In this document: one piece after another, positions 38,428 to 53,029 of the stretch | How positions within the stretch are numbered: position 1 is the stretch's first letter | Layout: every line of letters starts with the position of its first letter | Assembly (NCBI RefSeq): GCF_006345805.1 | Contig: NC_042999.1 | Coordinates: 133,796,001-133,860,000 of the forward strand | Source of the DNA: Octopus sinensis | Lineage: Eukaryota | DNA length: 64,000 nt | Direction of reading: 5' to 3' | Made by a program: the position numbers and the translations under genes | The notes under the pieces: generated by a model | Seen by the model: only the letters and a program-made list of their open reading frames with translations | Databases searched by the model: none | Told to the model about the DNA's origin: nothing

Positions 38428-39155
38428 CTCTCTCTTTTTCATTTTAACAAGGTGAGAAGTGAAATTAAATTAGATACATGTATTTGATTAAAATATGATA
38501 TCCTTCATTCACAAAAACGCATAGACACATCTGTGACTATGTGATATGTGTGATTGTGAGTGTGAGTGTGAGTGTGTATTTGTGTGTATGAGTGGATTGT
38601 CAACACATGTCAATATAAATGTGTAACTACATAAATTTTTTAGGCATTTGAATACACATATATGATTACACACACACGCGAGTTTCTTCTTGTGTGGGAA
38701 ACTCTGTGTGTGTGTGTTTGTGTTTGTGTGTGTGTGTGTGTGTGGTGTGTTCGTGTATGTGTGTGTGTAGTAAAGCATATATGTGAATGCAAGAGTGTAG
38801 AATATGAAGAAGCGAGAAGGCGAGAGATTTTTTCAATTATTTGGTACGATGGCGAACATGAATTGCAGAACGTTGAATTTTATTTTTTGATAATCTCTGT
38901 TCGAATTCTACCGAGTTTGATTTTGCCTTGTAACCTTTTTGTTTAAATAAACTAATTACAGGTTAAGTATAGGGATTGGTATAATCGGCTGTTCCACTTC
39001 AAAGTCTGTAAGAAATTAACATTATGGCTGTTTGTTATTATCTTTTTTCGTCACCATCATATTTATAAACATACATACATGCACACACACACACACATAC
39101 ACCAGATATAAGAACACATTTATCTATCTACCTAGCTTTCTTTCTCTCTCATTTC

Positions 39156-39205
<50 letters not shown>

Positions 39206-39597
39206 AGACACAGATGTGTGTGCCTTTAGATAAATAGAAACTAATATCGAAACTAATCATATAAGGGATGTATTATGTATTATAATTTTGTTGACAGTTG
39301 TTCCGAAGTTTAAAAACGAAACGTAATCATAAATGAAATACGCAAAGGGATATATCTCAAATGTTTCGTTGATCTGATTGTATGTATTCATGCAGGAATT
39401 TAAGAAAATGATTCTCAATATATTATGTGGAGCTCTATTTATACACAGGCAACCGCTGTTTGCACGGCCATCACTCAAAGCGGTCTTTTATTTACTATTT
39501 ATTATTGTTGCTATCAGTCTTACTTTTGTTGTAGCTCTCGGTGTTATTAATCCCCAGGTTAGTTCTGTTTGAGCTATGTACGTGCTATAGTATACAT

Positions 39598-39610
39598 AGG
39601 TCATAGGTCA
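39598..39610 (+). promoter_or_regulatory. Perfect DR1 nuclear-receptor element AGGTCA-T-AGGTCA
   Basis: Exact motif in non-repetitive sequence. Function unverified. Confidence 0.35.
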
Positions 39611-41617
39611 AATGACTGTTCCGCAGATACAGCGTTTCACTTGAACTGCAGGGCCACATTATGTATGCTAATAGACTGTGGTTTACCGCAAGGCAAGGAG
39701 CGTCGATATATAGTTCGTAATAATGTTTCGTGCCCTCGGCTCTGCCGTGCTAAATTTTATATATGAAATGATATTTTATTGTAAAGTATAGAAGCCATCT
39801 TATCATGGCTAACCACATTGGGGAGGGGGTGTTACTGTAGCTTTATAGCCCCAAGAGAACTTCGTCTCTAGCTGGCTTTAGACACAATATCAGTGTCCTT
39901 GGAGTATTTGCAAAGGGAGGCCATCCCTTCCTTGCAAGCCTGAGTGATACGCTCGAACTAGTTTCGGGATTGTTGTCCCTCGCCAATTTTAAAATATTTT
40001 CTATAGTATATATATTGCTAGCATACGTTCACAGTCGGAGCCCGGCTCAGATTGTGATTAGATTAACACCTCTTCCGTTTATTAGTCAAATTAGTGCAAT
40101 TTAGTAAATCATTTAACTTAACCAATGAAAGAGATGCTTTTATATACTGAAAAATGTGGTCTATTTCTCCCTCATTCCGGGCAAAAACGGATTTTTTTCT
40201 AATTTACGCACGATTCGTCTGACGTTCTAGTGATATGAATGTCGTTGGACAATTTTTCATTTGAATCAGAGCAAGGTTTCTATCAAGCATCGATCTTCTC
40301 AAAAACTTTACACATTCATTTATTTTCAATCGTCATTCTGAAAGGACTTTTGCGCCATGTGGCTCTATATATACAGTGAGAATGTATTTCCTACACCTCA
40401 TTGATCACAAATTTTGCTAATATCTCATAGTCTTTCCTTTCTTTATAGTTAATAAAGTTATTATAATATATATTAATTCATTTAATTCTAAAATTAGGCT
40501 TACATTATAAATAGTGTTTTTCAGATTAATTGCTTTAATGCAACGCGCAAGATCTATTTTATGCTTCAATCTCGCCCACAAAGCTAAACAAGTCCAATCT
40601 TTATTGTAAGGCGTACTCTGTGGCAATTTGGGGGATCTATTTTCTTCACTGTTCAGACTGTTTCCTGTATTAAAAATAAAATAATTGATGGGATGTAATT
40701 CATATTGATCAGGGACACGAATTTAGATAATTAAGTTGAAGTGTAATGTACTGAATAATACACTCCTTATTTAACTGAGATTTTCCTTATATTTGGAGAA
40801 AATAAATAAAAATTTGACGACGTATTTATAAATTAATCTATCAAAATATTTACATGATTATGGAAAGGAAATCTGATATCTGTAGAAGAAGGATAACTCT
40901 GGACACGTTTCGGTCTATTCGACCTAATCCACATAGCATAGTCTAACGATGCTTATCGATCAGCAGGCATAAATTTACATATAAATTAAGTAAAAGATAC
41001 GGGTAAATTTTTGGTCAAAAGAATTAATTTAACATACAATACAGAAAAGAATATCACTTAAATAGCTTAATGAAGTTAATACCGGAAATTAATCTAAAAT
41101 ATAATGTACTGAAAGTTGTATATTTGTAACTATTGTTTTGCTTAACCCCAAGTCGGCTCCGGTTATGATACTGAACACATATCTTTAAAGCCATAAAAAA
41201 TTTGGTAGGTAGAAAGTATGATGCACTATTTCCGCAGGATGCAGGTGGCCCATACCTTCAGTAGTGGTTTCTTACTGCTGACATTACTTTCCCGTCATTA
41301 CTGTTACTTCAGTTTTCTGGATATTACTTCAGATGTAACTGATGTTGTTGTTTCAATTCACACTGCTGCATTGTATATAGAAGATTCGACCTAGTGACCC
41401 CTGAAATAGTTGATGATAATAAAGAAGAAGAAACAGAGAACGGAAGAAAGCGATATTATTTAACAGCAATAATAATAACAATCACAGCAAGACAAGCACT
41501 CTGTTAATGAGTTTTCCAAATATGTCTAGTTTTCCGAGAATATTAGCATATATACAGCACTCAATAACAGCCATGATTAATACATACACACATATATATA
41601 TATGTACATATACATAC

Positions 41618-41648
<31 letters not shown>

Positions 41649-41677
41649 CATATTATATATATATACATATATATATA

Positions 41678-41717
<40 letters not shown>

Positions 41718-41766
41718 TATACATAGATATATATACATACATAAAATATATAGAGATTTATATTTA

Positions 41767-41976
41767 CTCTTTACTTGTTTCAGTCATTTGACTATGACCA
41801 TGCTGGAGCACCGCCTTTAGTCGAGCAAATCGACTCCACGACTTATTCTTTGTAAGCCTAGTACTTATACTATCGGTCTCTTATGCCGAACCGCTAAGTC
41901 ACAATGACGTAAACACACCAGCATCGGCTGTCAAGCGATGTTGGGGGAGGGGACAAACACAGACACACAAACATAT

Positions 41977-42074
<98 letters not shown>

Positions 42075-42238
42075 CGACGGGCTTGTTTAAGTTTCCGTCT
42101 ACCAAATCCACTCACAAGACTTTGGTCAGTCCGAGGCTATAGTAGAAGAACACTTGCCGAAGGTGCTACGCGTAGGACTGAACCCGGAACCATGCGGTTC
42201 GTAAGCAAGCTGCTTACCACACAGCCACTCCTACGCCT
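41767..42238 (-). mobile_element. SINE family A copy with expanded central (AT)n
   Basis: Same head, core and tail modules as the other family A copies. Confidence 0.9.
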
Positions 42239-42281
42239 ATATATTTACATATATTCATATATATTTATGTGTGTGTGTATA

Positions 42282-42792
42282 TCTATATATATAAAACTGT
42301 AGTTGTGTGAGTGTCTATCCCCTTCGATTTAGATTCCTAACTACTCCCACATTTTGCGGTGCAGTTTAACCAAATTCGGGTATCTTATAGTCGTGATTCA
42401 TATCGAGCCCGTCTGAGTATTAGCACGCGTCTACGATGAGTCTACGATTTTAAAAAATAATTAACATCATTTTTTATTCCATTTTAATGCATAATTTTTC
42501 GTGTGTCGATGGCGGCGGAGTTGGCATCCATGGTCACAACCTGCACCTGTTTGCTTCTCCCCCTTCTTCCCTCCCTCGTGAAGCTGTGGGGAAGGGTGTG
42601 TAAGGAAATCAACGTCGTAAAGCGGTGTCAAGGAGACCAGCGTTCTTTTAGAACAACGACGTCATGGCTTGAAGACACCAAAACAGAAATGGCTAAGAAA
42701 GCCCGAATTGGCATCTATAAGGGAAGTAACTCTCTAAAATGCTTATATGTTATTTCCCTTACAAACCCGAGCAACGCCGGGCGATACTGTAG
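42282..42792 (+). mobile_element. Non-autonomous Helitron-like element
   Basis: Starts A|TCTATATATATAAAA. Subterminal hairpin CCCGAGCAACGCCGGG at 42766-42781. Ends CTGTAG|T (a CTAG variant), inserted between A and T with no TSD. No Rep/helicase coding. Confidence 0.7.
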
Positions 42793-43088
42793 TATATATA
42801 TATTTTTTTTTTCAGGATTAAATAAAAATACAACAAACGGAAAATATGACCTACTGTATACATTCATTATAATATATATATATATAGATATATATAGATA
42901 GATATATATAATATATATATATATATTATTATAATATAATAATATATATATATATTATATATATGTATATATATGACCTGCTCGCTTAGCCAGCGGGGGG
43001 GGTGGCGTCATCGAAGGCTAAAACAATGCGAACGCATTGTGACCAGCGATGTGTAACAACATGTGATGGTCTGGTCGGTCACGGAAAT

Positions 43089-43127
<39 letters not shown>

Positions 43128-43145
43128 AGAGAGAGAGAGAGAGAG

Positions 43146-43236
<91 letters not shown>

Positions 43237-43635
43237 GTATGTATACACATACACACACGCACATAAATGCACACATACACATACATGTATATAACTAGCA
43301 CCACTTCAAACTACCACATAACGACCGTAACCACACCATCACTACAGCTATGCATTGCACAGCCAACATAACTACTAACAACTAGAACACCTTCTATTAC
43401 CCCACTACCACCACAGCCACTTCTACATCAAACCACAAATATTTGCAATGTCAGGAAAGATATTTGTCTTATTTCACAGCAGTCTATATTACGGCGTGAT
43501 ATCATATTGTATTGTAATTCATCATATCACATGGAAAGCACTGATATACTGTAATATTACCACAAATCGATACATACGTATATACATATATATATAGATA
43601 AACAGATAAACAGATATATATATATATATATATAT

Positions 43636-43688
<53 letters not shown>

Positions 43689-45857
43689 CATACAGACATG
43701 TATACGCACATACACACACGTGCACGCATGCGTAAAGTGTTCTTATATTCAACTGTTGAATTCTCAGGGAGGGTAACAAACTTGAAAAATCTATTATTAA
43801 TAATTCATTAATTGTGTAAGATATGAAAAATTATCAGCAAGAAAGTCCATTAAGAAATCGTTAAACTGTTTACATTAGCTGAAGAATCTTTCAAAATGTC
43901 GTTTAGCTGAAATGCCTTTTTCAGATAATAGCAGTAGAAACGGAGACACAGTTCTTTACTACAAGTCTTGGAAAGTGATCAATTAACGTGATTTATTTGT
44001 CTTGAATATGGCACAGTTGCATCCAAATGCACAGTGCTACACTGATGATAGTATAATAACAACAACGAAAACAATAGTAACAAAAACAACAACAACAAGA
44101 ACAGCAGCAACAACAACAAGAAGAACAACAACAATAATAATAATAATCCTTTCTACTAAAGGCACAAGACCTGAAATTTGTGGGGAGGGAACTATTCGAT
44201 TACATCGACCCCAGTGTTTCACTGGTACTTAGTTTATCGATGAAAGGCAAAGTCGACCTCGGTGGAATTTGGACTCAGAATGTAATGACGGACGAAATGC
44301 CTTGCGGTATTTCGTGCTTATCGACTCTGACTTTCTCCCCGCCTTTCTCCAGCCATAACTTTTCTAATTCCTTACGCCCACGGAAATACTGTGTGTTATA
44401 AGTTTTATTAATTTTATCTTGATGCATTAATTCATAAATCTTCATAACATTGCTTCATTATATTCAAGACTTCGGTTATGTCCTTGCCATTGTTCTACAG
44501 TAAAGGATGCTTCAACTCTATAGCACGAATTAGTTTCGCTTTGCTTAATTATCTCAATTATGTCCTAGATTTCATGCTCTAGTTTAGGCCTTTGAAAGCA
44601 CTTTCACGTGGACTGCGCTTAAATATTTCGATTGTATCTCCGTTATTGTTCCACCGTGAAGGATATTTCCTGCTGTCTTATATGGTAAAATATTTCATAT
44701 AAGCAGACCTAGATGATATGCGCAGGACTGATTGCGGGGTATAAAAGCTCGCTTTGCAACCACGTGCTTTCAGGTTCAGTTCAACCCCGCGCCACTTTGG
44801 ACAAATGTCTTCTACTATTGCCTCCGCTGACTAATTCTTCGTGACTGAATTTAGTAAACGACAATGTTTAAGCACGTCGTGTGTGTGTGTGTGTGTATGT
44901 GTGTGTGTGTGTGTGGTACGTGCGTGCTTGTTTGTGTGTGCGTGTCTTTGCACTTGTCACCGACCGCTTGACAACCGTTGTTGATCCCTCTAACTTAGCG
45001 GTTTGGCAAAAGTGAAGGTAGCATAGATGCTTTAATGACCATGGGATTGCACCTACAAAGTTCCCCTCCAAGACATCACTAGTCGCCCATGCATACCAGC
45101 CTCTACGTCACCGATGGTATCCAAGGGAAAGGTAAAGGCCAGTACAGATTAGCACCAGTGATGTCGCAACTCATTTCTTCAGCTGAGTGAACTGGAGCAA
45201 CATGAAATAAAGTGTCTCTCTCAAGAGCACAACAAACAGCCCAGTCCAGGAGTTGAACTCACTACCTCATGATTGTGTGCTCTAACCACTGAGCCATACA
45301 CCTTTACTATACATAACATAAGAAGCGGACTTTTAAAAAATAATTACTGATGTAGATTCAATCAACCAAATACTTCAAAGCCGTGTCTCAGTTTGACCGC
45401 CGTCAAACGATTGAAATAACTAAAGGAAAATAATAATCATACATGTACATGTAGGGTATACTCGTTCCATGGAACAAGGTAATGAATCAGATATTTATCG
45501 TACCGAAATATTTACCGTACCACTTTTTCACGGCTGAGGTACGTTTCATATTCATTGCAGCAAACCTCTAGAATTCCCTTATTTCACGTGCGCACTCGCG
45601 CTCACAGGTGCATAAGTATTTTTTTACAAATATTTGGGGAAGTAAGTTGTCAGTGGAATCGTTCTCTAATGTCACCACCTTTGAAGAACTTACAGACTTA
45701 AAGTGCATATACCTTCTCCTTTGTATCTCTCTGACTAATTAACAAAAATAATTGACGATGCATTTCTAATGGAATCAGTGAGAAAGAAAAAAGAAAGAAA
45801 AACTCGTAGGTATAAAATAGAGAGGGAGAGGGAAAGAAAAAAGAAACAAACAAAGAA

Positions 45858-45938
<81 letters not shown>

Positions 45939-46329
45939 CGAACACTAAATTAGTCCGAAACAAAAGAAAACACAACAAACAACGAAAGAAACAAAAGAAG
46001 AAATAATGAAAAAGAAAAGAAGGAAAATAGATAGGACTGAGCGAAGAAATGCCGAGCGAAATAGAAGAGACAAAGATATAATATTATGTCAAAGAGATGA
46101 ATTTGGAGAAGGATACGAGAAAGCAAATATATCTTAGAGTTGAAAGTTACGTAACAAAATGTGATAAATAAATGTATATAAATGTACACGTGAACGCGTA
46201 CACACATACATATATACACATGCCTAGTATATATACAAACATAAATATTTGCATACATATATAAGCATACATATTTATATATGCATATATAGATATATTT
46301 GTATATATATTTATACTTAAATACCTATC

Positions 46330-46550
46330 TCCTTCAAGTCAGCAGTTCAAAGCGTGCAGGCTCTTCATGTCAGCGCACTTCCGGTGCAAGTTGTCATCAT
46401 TAGACGTGAGGGCGCCACTAGCCAGTAGTAACGTCATCAGGTTCATTTGTGATCAAGTAGCACTCCTGGCTCTACTAATGATCCGGAAGTGATAACAGCT
46501 TTCGACGCTTAATTATAATTCTATTTAAATCATCCCCGTCCGCCATAAAA
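46330..46550. promoter_or_regulatory. Candidate promoter/enhancer island
   Basis: Unique, relatively CpG-containing stretch. It has two oppositely oriented ETS motifs (ACTTCCGG 46377-46384, CCGGAAGT 46483-46490) and CRE-like half-sites (GACGTGA 46403, ACGTCA 46431). Confidence 0.35.
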
Positions 46551-46559
46551 GCTACTCTT

Positions 46560-47057
46560 TATACATACGTACATACATACATACATACATACATACATAC
46601 ATACATACTACGTACATACATACATACCATCATACATACTACTACATACATCTATATATACATACATACATACATACATATATACATACGTAAATACATA
46701 CATACATACATACATACATACGTACATACATACATACATACAACATACATACATACATACATATATATACATACATACATACATACATACATACATACAT
46801 ACATACATACATACAACATATATATATACATACATACATTAGATACATAATACATACATACATACATAGGTATATAGTCATGGATGCACCAACAAACACG
46901 AATTTAGTTGTATTGCGTACTCTATACGTATGTCTATGTGTACATGCGTGCACGTATGTTTATATGTGGTGTATATATGTATATATATATATATGTATGT
47001 ATATGTATATATATATATAATATATAATATATAAATATATACATTATTATGTGTGTG

Positions 47058-47094
<37 letters not shown>

Positions 47095-47615
47095 TGTAAT
47101 TATTATTATTAATAGTATTTTTGTTGTTATCATTCTTCATAATCATTAATGACATCTTGCCTAGCGAGAAATGCACTGCATATGCGAGCGGCAAAATTTA
47201 TTACACACTCGCTGTCCTTCCTGCTCACACACGATGATAATGATGATGACGATGATCGCGATAACGGACGGCAGTGTCGTTGATGATGACTGACGTTGAT
47301 GATTATGACGACGATGACGGCGAAGACGAAATTGGTGGTGGTGGTGGTGGTGGTGGTTATGGCGGTGGTGCTGGTGCTGGTGCTGGTGCTGGTGGTGGTG
47401 GTGGTGTATGTTGTGATGATATATGATGGTGATGACGGGTGGTGATGAGAGGAAGTAGGCAGAAACATGGGTACATGAACAGCAAACAACACTACGCACA
47501 CTGCATTTAAATACACACACACACACACACACACGCACACATAGCGTCCCAAATGCACAGATACACATGCGTTTATGTACAAACACACACACACATGCCT
47601 ACATACATACATACG

Positions 47616-47682
<67 letters not shown>

Positions 47683-47690
47683 GCCCTTTC
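46560..47690. repeat. (ACAT)n array, (AT)n, GAT/GGT/GCT trinucleotide mosaic and (CA)n
   Basis: Direct reading. Confidence 0.95.
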
Positions 47691-47958
47691 GTACATTGGT
47701 GCTAAAGTGCTTGGGTGAAATTGCACCCTGCACATTGGTCAGTTATTACACTTACCCATGTCAGTTTGGGACATAGTAATTAGTGTACCTTTCACCTTTG
47801 GCTCCATGCTGTCATATTCAGTGGTCTATACATATACCTTAATTTATTTGTGGGAAAATCTCCTTCGACTGTGAATATATTTTTGCTCATACGTAGTGTT
47901 CATGAAGTTAATACGGTCTTTCACATATATTTTTTCTTTTTTTTTTTCTTTTTTTATT

Positions 47959-48365
47959 TCTTTTACTTGTTTCAGTCATTTGACTGCGGCCATGCTGGAG
48001 CACCGCCTTTAGTCGAGCAAATCGACCCCGGGACTTATTCTTTTTGTAAGCCCAGTACTTATTCTATCAGTCTCTTTTTGCCGAACCGCTAAGTGACGGG
48101 GACGTAAACACACCAGCATCGGTTGTCAAGCAATGCTAGGGGGGACAAACACAGACACACAAACATACACACATACATATATATATATACATACATATAT
48201 ACGACAGGCTTCTTTCAGTTTCCGTCTACCAAATCCACTCACAAGGCATTGGTCGGCCCGAGGCTATAGTAGAAGACACTTGCCCAAGATGCCACGCAGT
48301 GGGACTGAACCCGGAACCATGTGGTTGGTTAGCAAGCTACTTACCACACAGCCACTCCTACGCCT
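47959..48365 (-). mobile_element. SINE family A, young full-length copy (tRNA-like head, central microsatellite, CCAGCATGGCCGCAGTCAAATGACTGAAAC tail)
   Basis: Near-identical to the copies at 33743-34140 and 41767-42238. More diverged or partial copies lie at ~150-530, 3035-3150, 3560-3730, 15190-15350, 20960-21625, 23710-24230, 34870-35250, 44720-45050 and 60371-60458. Confidence 0.9.
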
Positions 48366-50168
48366 AGTTTTTTTTGTTTTGCTTTTTTGCAAATATATGC
48401 CAGTCTTTGGTTTCATAGATGCAGTTTATAAATAAACACAAACGCCTGGCTCGATAGTTATATCGATTTCAAATTTTGGCACAGTTTCGGGAAAGGGGCT
48501 GGGTCAATATTATCAACCCCAGTAATCAAATTCCACCTCGACGGTGGAATTTGAACTCAGAATGTAAAGACGGATGAAATGCAGCTTAACGATCCTGCCA
48601 GTTTGACTCGATAATTATATTCTTTTCTACTCTAGGCACAAGGCCCGAAATTTGGGGGGAGAGGGCCAGTCGATTGGATCGACCCCAGTACACAACTGGT
48701 ACTTAATTTATCGACCCCGAAAAGATGAAACTCGACCTCGGCGGAATTTCAACTCAGAACACAAAGACAGGCGAAATACCACAAAGCATTTCTGCCAGCT
48801 CGCCGTCTTACTTGGCTCGATATTTATATTAACAATACATCTAGATGACATCTCTTAGTAACATATCATCTAAAATATATTAATTTACTATACTAATGCA
48901 TGATATTGTACTTTTAATTCGTGATTCTCACATCTCTGCCTCTGTAGCAATCGTGAAAAGTATGCATTGTAAATATGGGTTAATATGATGAAACCATGCT
49001 TGGAATTGTCTTCCGTACATGCTGGGATAATTGAAATATTATTACTCTATGGAAAAAATAGTTTTCTTTTTCCCACTCCGCATAATTATTTGTAATTTGC
49101 TTTTCAATGTTTCTAACATTAAATGTATTAACATGCGGATGGCGTCTATGTCTAATTTATCTAACTTTTAAATAATTGCATCTTTAATATGTTTAGATTC
49201 TTGTAATTACAAAATTACTAAATTATGAATGTGTCTAATTATGAAAATGTCTGTGAATATTTGTTGAATAAAATTAATCCAAAAATAAATCTACATTTGC
49301 AATAATTCTGCTCTCATTATGTAACATAATCAGAAGAAATATTTCAGACTATATTAACCTAGAAGTCATCCAATGAATCTAAGAGTAAATTTTCTCTACA
49401 ATGGGAAACATTTGAATATAGTTTGCATTACGCATTCTGTAACCATACTACCTGTTATATTCCAATGAGCGCCAGCGAACAGGGATGGAGTCGGCTTTAA
49501 GTATCTTCTGAGTCTCCAAGAAATAGCAACCAAATGTCCATCAAGTTACATACCAAAATCTTTAAAAGAAGAAAACTTTCGATAATATGTACGAAATAAA
49601 AAAGACTCTATGGTCAAGTTTAGAACAGCAGTAATCCTATATCTACTTCACCAGAGTTTACCTGTGGTTAAACAATTCTAGTTATAATATCCTTTCTACT
49701 ATAAATTCAACGCTTGAAATTTTGAGCGAGTGGGATAGTTGATTATGTCGACCCTAGTGCTGTTCGACTGGTACTTATTTTATCGACCACAAAAGAATGA
49801 AAGGCAAAGTTGGCCTCAGTGTTTTTGAACTCAGAACGTAAAAAAATCCGAAGAAATATATCTAAGCAGTTTTTGCTCGAGTTACTAATATTAGTTATCA
49901 CAGCTACTAATATTACTATACTACTATAGCTGTTACTATAACTGTTGTCATAGCCAAAAACGAGGAAAAAAGTCTGTGAAAGTATGTTACTATATACTTA
50001 ATTTCTCAGATCTCTCTATAGCTCATAGTTTCTCCAAGCAACTGATTTCAATATTTGTAACACCCAATATATAACATTTTGAAGAGAAATACCTGAACAG
50101 TATTGATTATTCACCAAATCACTTGCAAAGGAATCAAAGTTTAGAAATTGTGCAATATTCTGATAAGT

Positions 50169-50405
50169 AAGGCGGCGAGCTGGCAGAAACGTTAGCACGC
50201 CGGGCGAAATGCTTAGCGGTATTTCGTCTGCCGTTACGTTCTGAGTTCAAATTCCGCCGAGGTTGACTTTGCCTTTCATCCTTTCGGGGTCGATAAATTA
50301 AGTACCAGTTATGCACTGAGGTCGATATAATCGACTTAATCCGTTTGCCTGTCCTAGTTTGTCCCCTCTGTGTGTAGCCCCTTGTGGGCAGTAAAGAAAT
50401 AAGTA
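50169..50405 (+). mobile_element. SINE family B, full-length (AAGGCGGCGAGCTGGCAGAA...GAGTTCAAATTCCGCCGAGGT...TTTGCCTTTCATCC)
   Basis: B-box-like GAGTTCAAATTCC. Other copies at ~4015-4230, 13395-13615, 13720-14100, 35270-35418, 36372-37022, 44145-44330, 48480-48810, 49695-49860, 50410-50570 and 57210-57830. Confidence 0.9.
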
Positions 50406-53029
50406 TGTTGTCTGTCTTTATGTTCTGAATTCAAATTCCGCCGAGGTCGACTTTGCCTTTCATCCTTTCAGGGTCTATAAATTAATTACCAGTTGCGTAC
50501 TGGGGTCGATCTAATTGACTGGCTCCTTCCCAAAAATTTCGGGTCTTGTACCTAGAATAGAAAAGAATATTTCTGATAAGTAATTTTAAATTTTTAGTTT
50601 CCGGAAACTCTGATTTTCAGAATAGAGACTAAATTGCTACAGTCAAGCAAACAAATCATATCAATAACTATGCCATCCAATTTCTTGTTATTTACCGATA
50701 ACAAAACTGGCATTCCGTCAGTTGCGACGACGAGGGTTCCAGTTGACCCGCTCATCGGAACAGCCTGCTCGGGAAATTAACGTGTGTGTGGCTGAGCACT
50801 CCACAGACATGTGTGCTCTTAACGTAGTTCTCAGGGAGATTCAGTGTGACACAGAATGGGGCATGGCTGGCCCTTTGAAAAATACAGGCGCTACTCATTT
50901 TTGCTAGCTGAGTGGACTGGATGAACGTAAAATAAAATGTCTTGCTCAAAGACACAACGTATCACTGAGAATTGAACTCACGATCGTGAGCGGAATATAC
51001 TAACCACTTAACCACACGCCTTCACCGTTTACCAATGCATTTACTCTAATCAAGTAGGTTCAATGAGTAAAGACATTCCTGTTTTCACATTTCCAGTCTC
51101 CCAGATATTGTATTTGACGATATATATCATCCAATGTAGCCGTCACGTTTTAAGGCAGAGAGATGTGATTTTGCTACTACTTTTAATGGATTGAGTGACT
51201 TCGTAGGTTAAAATTAATTGAGAGTTAAGTCGGTTGGTTGGTTGGCTGGCTGGCTGGCTGGCTGGCTGGTTGGTTTGATGGTTGGTTGGTTGGTTGGTTA
51301 AAATGGCGGTAACTATCAGCATTTATTTGATAATATACAAATATATTTGATCGACTCTCGTATAGCATTTTAACCTATGTGATTCCTCCCTTCAAACAAG
51401 TTGATTGGGGTGAAGATGTTCAGTAGAATAAATACCCTCAGTTTCACTGGACCTCACACACAGACACACACACATACACACACACACACACACATGCTGT
51501 CATTCACGAACATGAATGATTTTGTATCATCTATTATGTTACCGCTATTGTTGTTTTAGGTAACTACGTTGTCGCGAGCAGATATAGAACTCCCGATCCG
51601 CCCCTTGATCCGTAACCCAGCGATATAGTAAGGATGTGTAATCGGAGGGACAGTACCAGCTGGGTACGTGTGGAGTACCCAGCTGGAACTCATTACATCT
51701 GAGTAGAGTGGAGTAACGTGAAATGAAGTGTCTTGACCAAGTACACAAAGCATCGCCTGCACCATTATTTGTATCCAAAACAACAGGTCTTCATTAACTA
51801 AAACCTTATCCATTACGCGACGCATCTTCACATTCAACTCTAATTTAATGATTATAAATGCAATCATTCAGTATATATAAGAAGAAGAAATTTATGATTT
51901 TGAATCTCTTCCGTTGCTTTTATAAAACGTATCAAGGTCAATTTGAAACACCTGAAATCTCTTGATACAAACAGTCCTCAGTGAACCTTCATTTCCAGAC
52001 CAAAAGAAGATTGTCCGTATCTTTTTAATTATTTTAAGCGATTTATTTAAAATATTAGTATACATTCTAAGGTTTTAAACTAAGTTCGTTAGACTGCTAC
52101 AAACTGATACGTCAAGCAAACTGGTTTGCTGTATCCGGTTACAGCTGTTTACATTTCAGTCCAGGAGAAATGTCAGCTTTGCTTTTCATTCTTACGGGGT
52201 CGCTAAAATAAAGTACTAACCAAAAACCTGGATTTTTATAATCCATTGTTCCCTCTTCAATTTTCTAGGCCTTGCATCTATGTTAGAATTTAATATGATC
52301 CGTTTTGCTTTTCATTGTCTTTACACGTTTTAATATTCTGCTCTTCCCTTTTTCGTTTTCTTTTCTTTTCTGATCTTTCACGTTCAACTCACTTTCCTCC
52401 TCCTATTAATTTTTCTCATTAACTTACTCTGCTTTTTCTTTGAACTCCTACTACTGTTTCTCTGTTTCTCTCTTTCTCTATCAAATGTTATTGCACAAAC
52501 ACTTCCCTATTTCTTTGAATTTCCTTAACTTACTTTTTCTTTAGCATTTGTAAAAGGGTTCAAGTATTTGCATATCACACTTTTTCATTCTCTTCTGTGT
52601 GTATGTGTATGTGTGTGTGTGTGTATACGTGCGTACACCTACATTTACATAACGCACGGTCACACACACATATACAAAACACAATCCAAAGAGGCTGGTG
52701 ATCAGAAGGAGAACAGTGATTTTGTTGTGGAGAGTGAAGATTCCAACGTTTCAGGCAGAGATCTTCTTATAGGAAAGGTTGTCAGGGGGCAGATTAAAGA
52801 AAGACAGCAGAATTTTCTATCTTCTACGTTTGAGAAATTGGCGGCAACTGATGGGGAACGGAAAAAAAACTGATAGGGAACGCAAAAAGCGTGGACTTCA
52901 TACTTAGTCAGGAAGAAGTAAGAGACAGAAACTTGGGGAGAGAGATAGAAAGAATAAGAAATGAACTGATGAACATAATTGGGTTCAGACAAAATTACGT
53001 GAGAGTGGAGTTGAAGAATAAGAAAGGGA

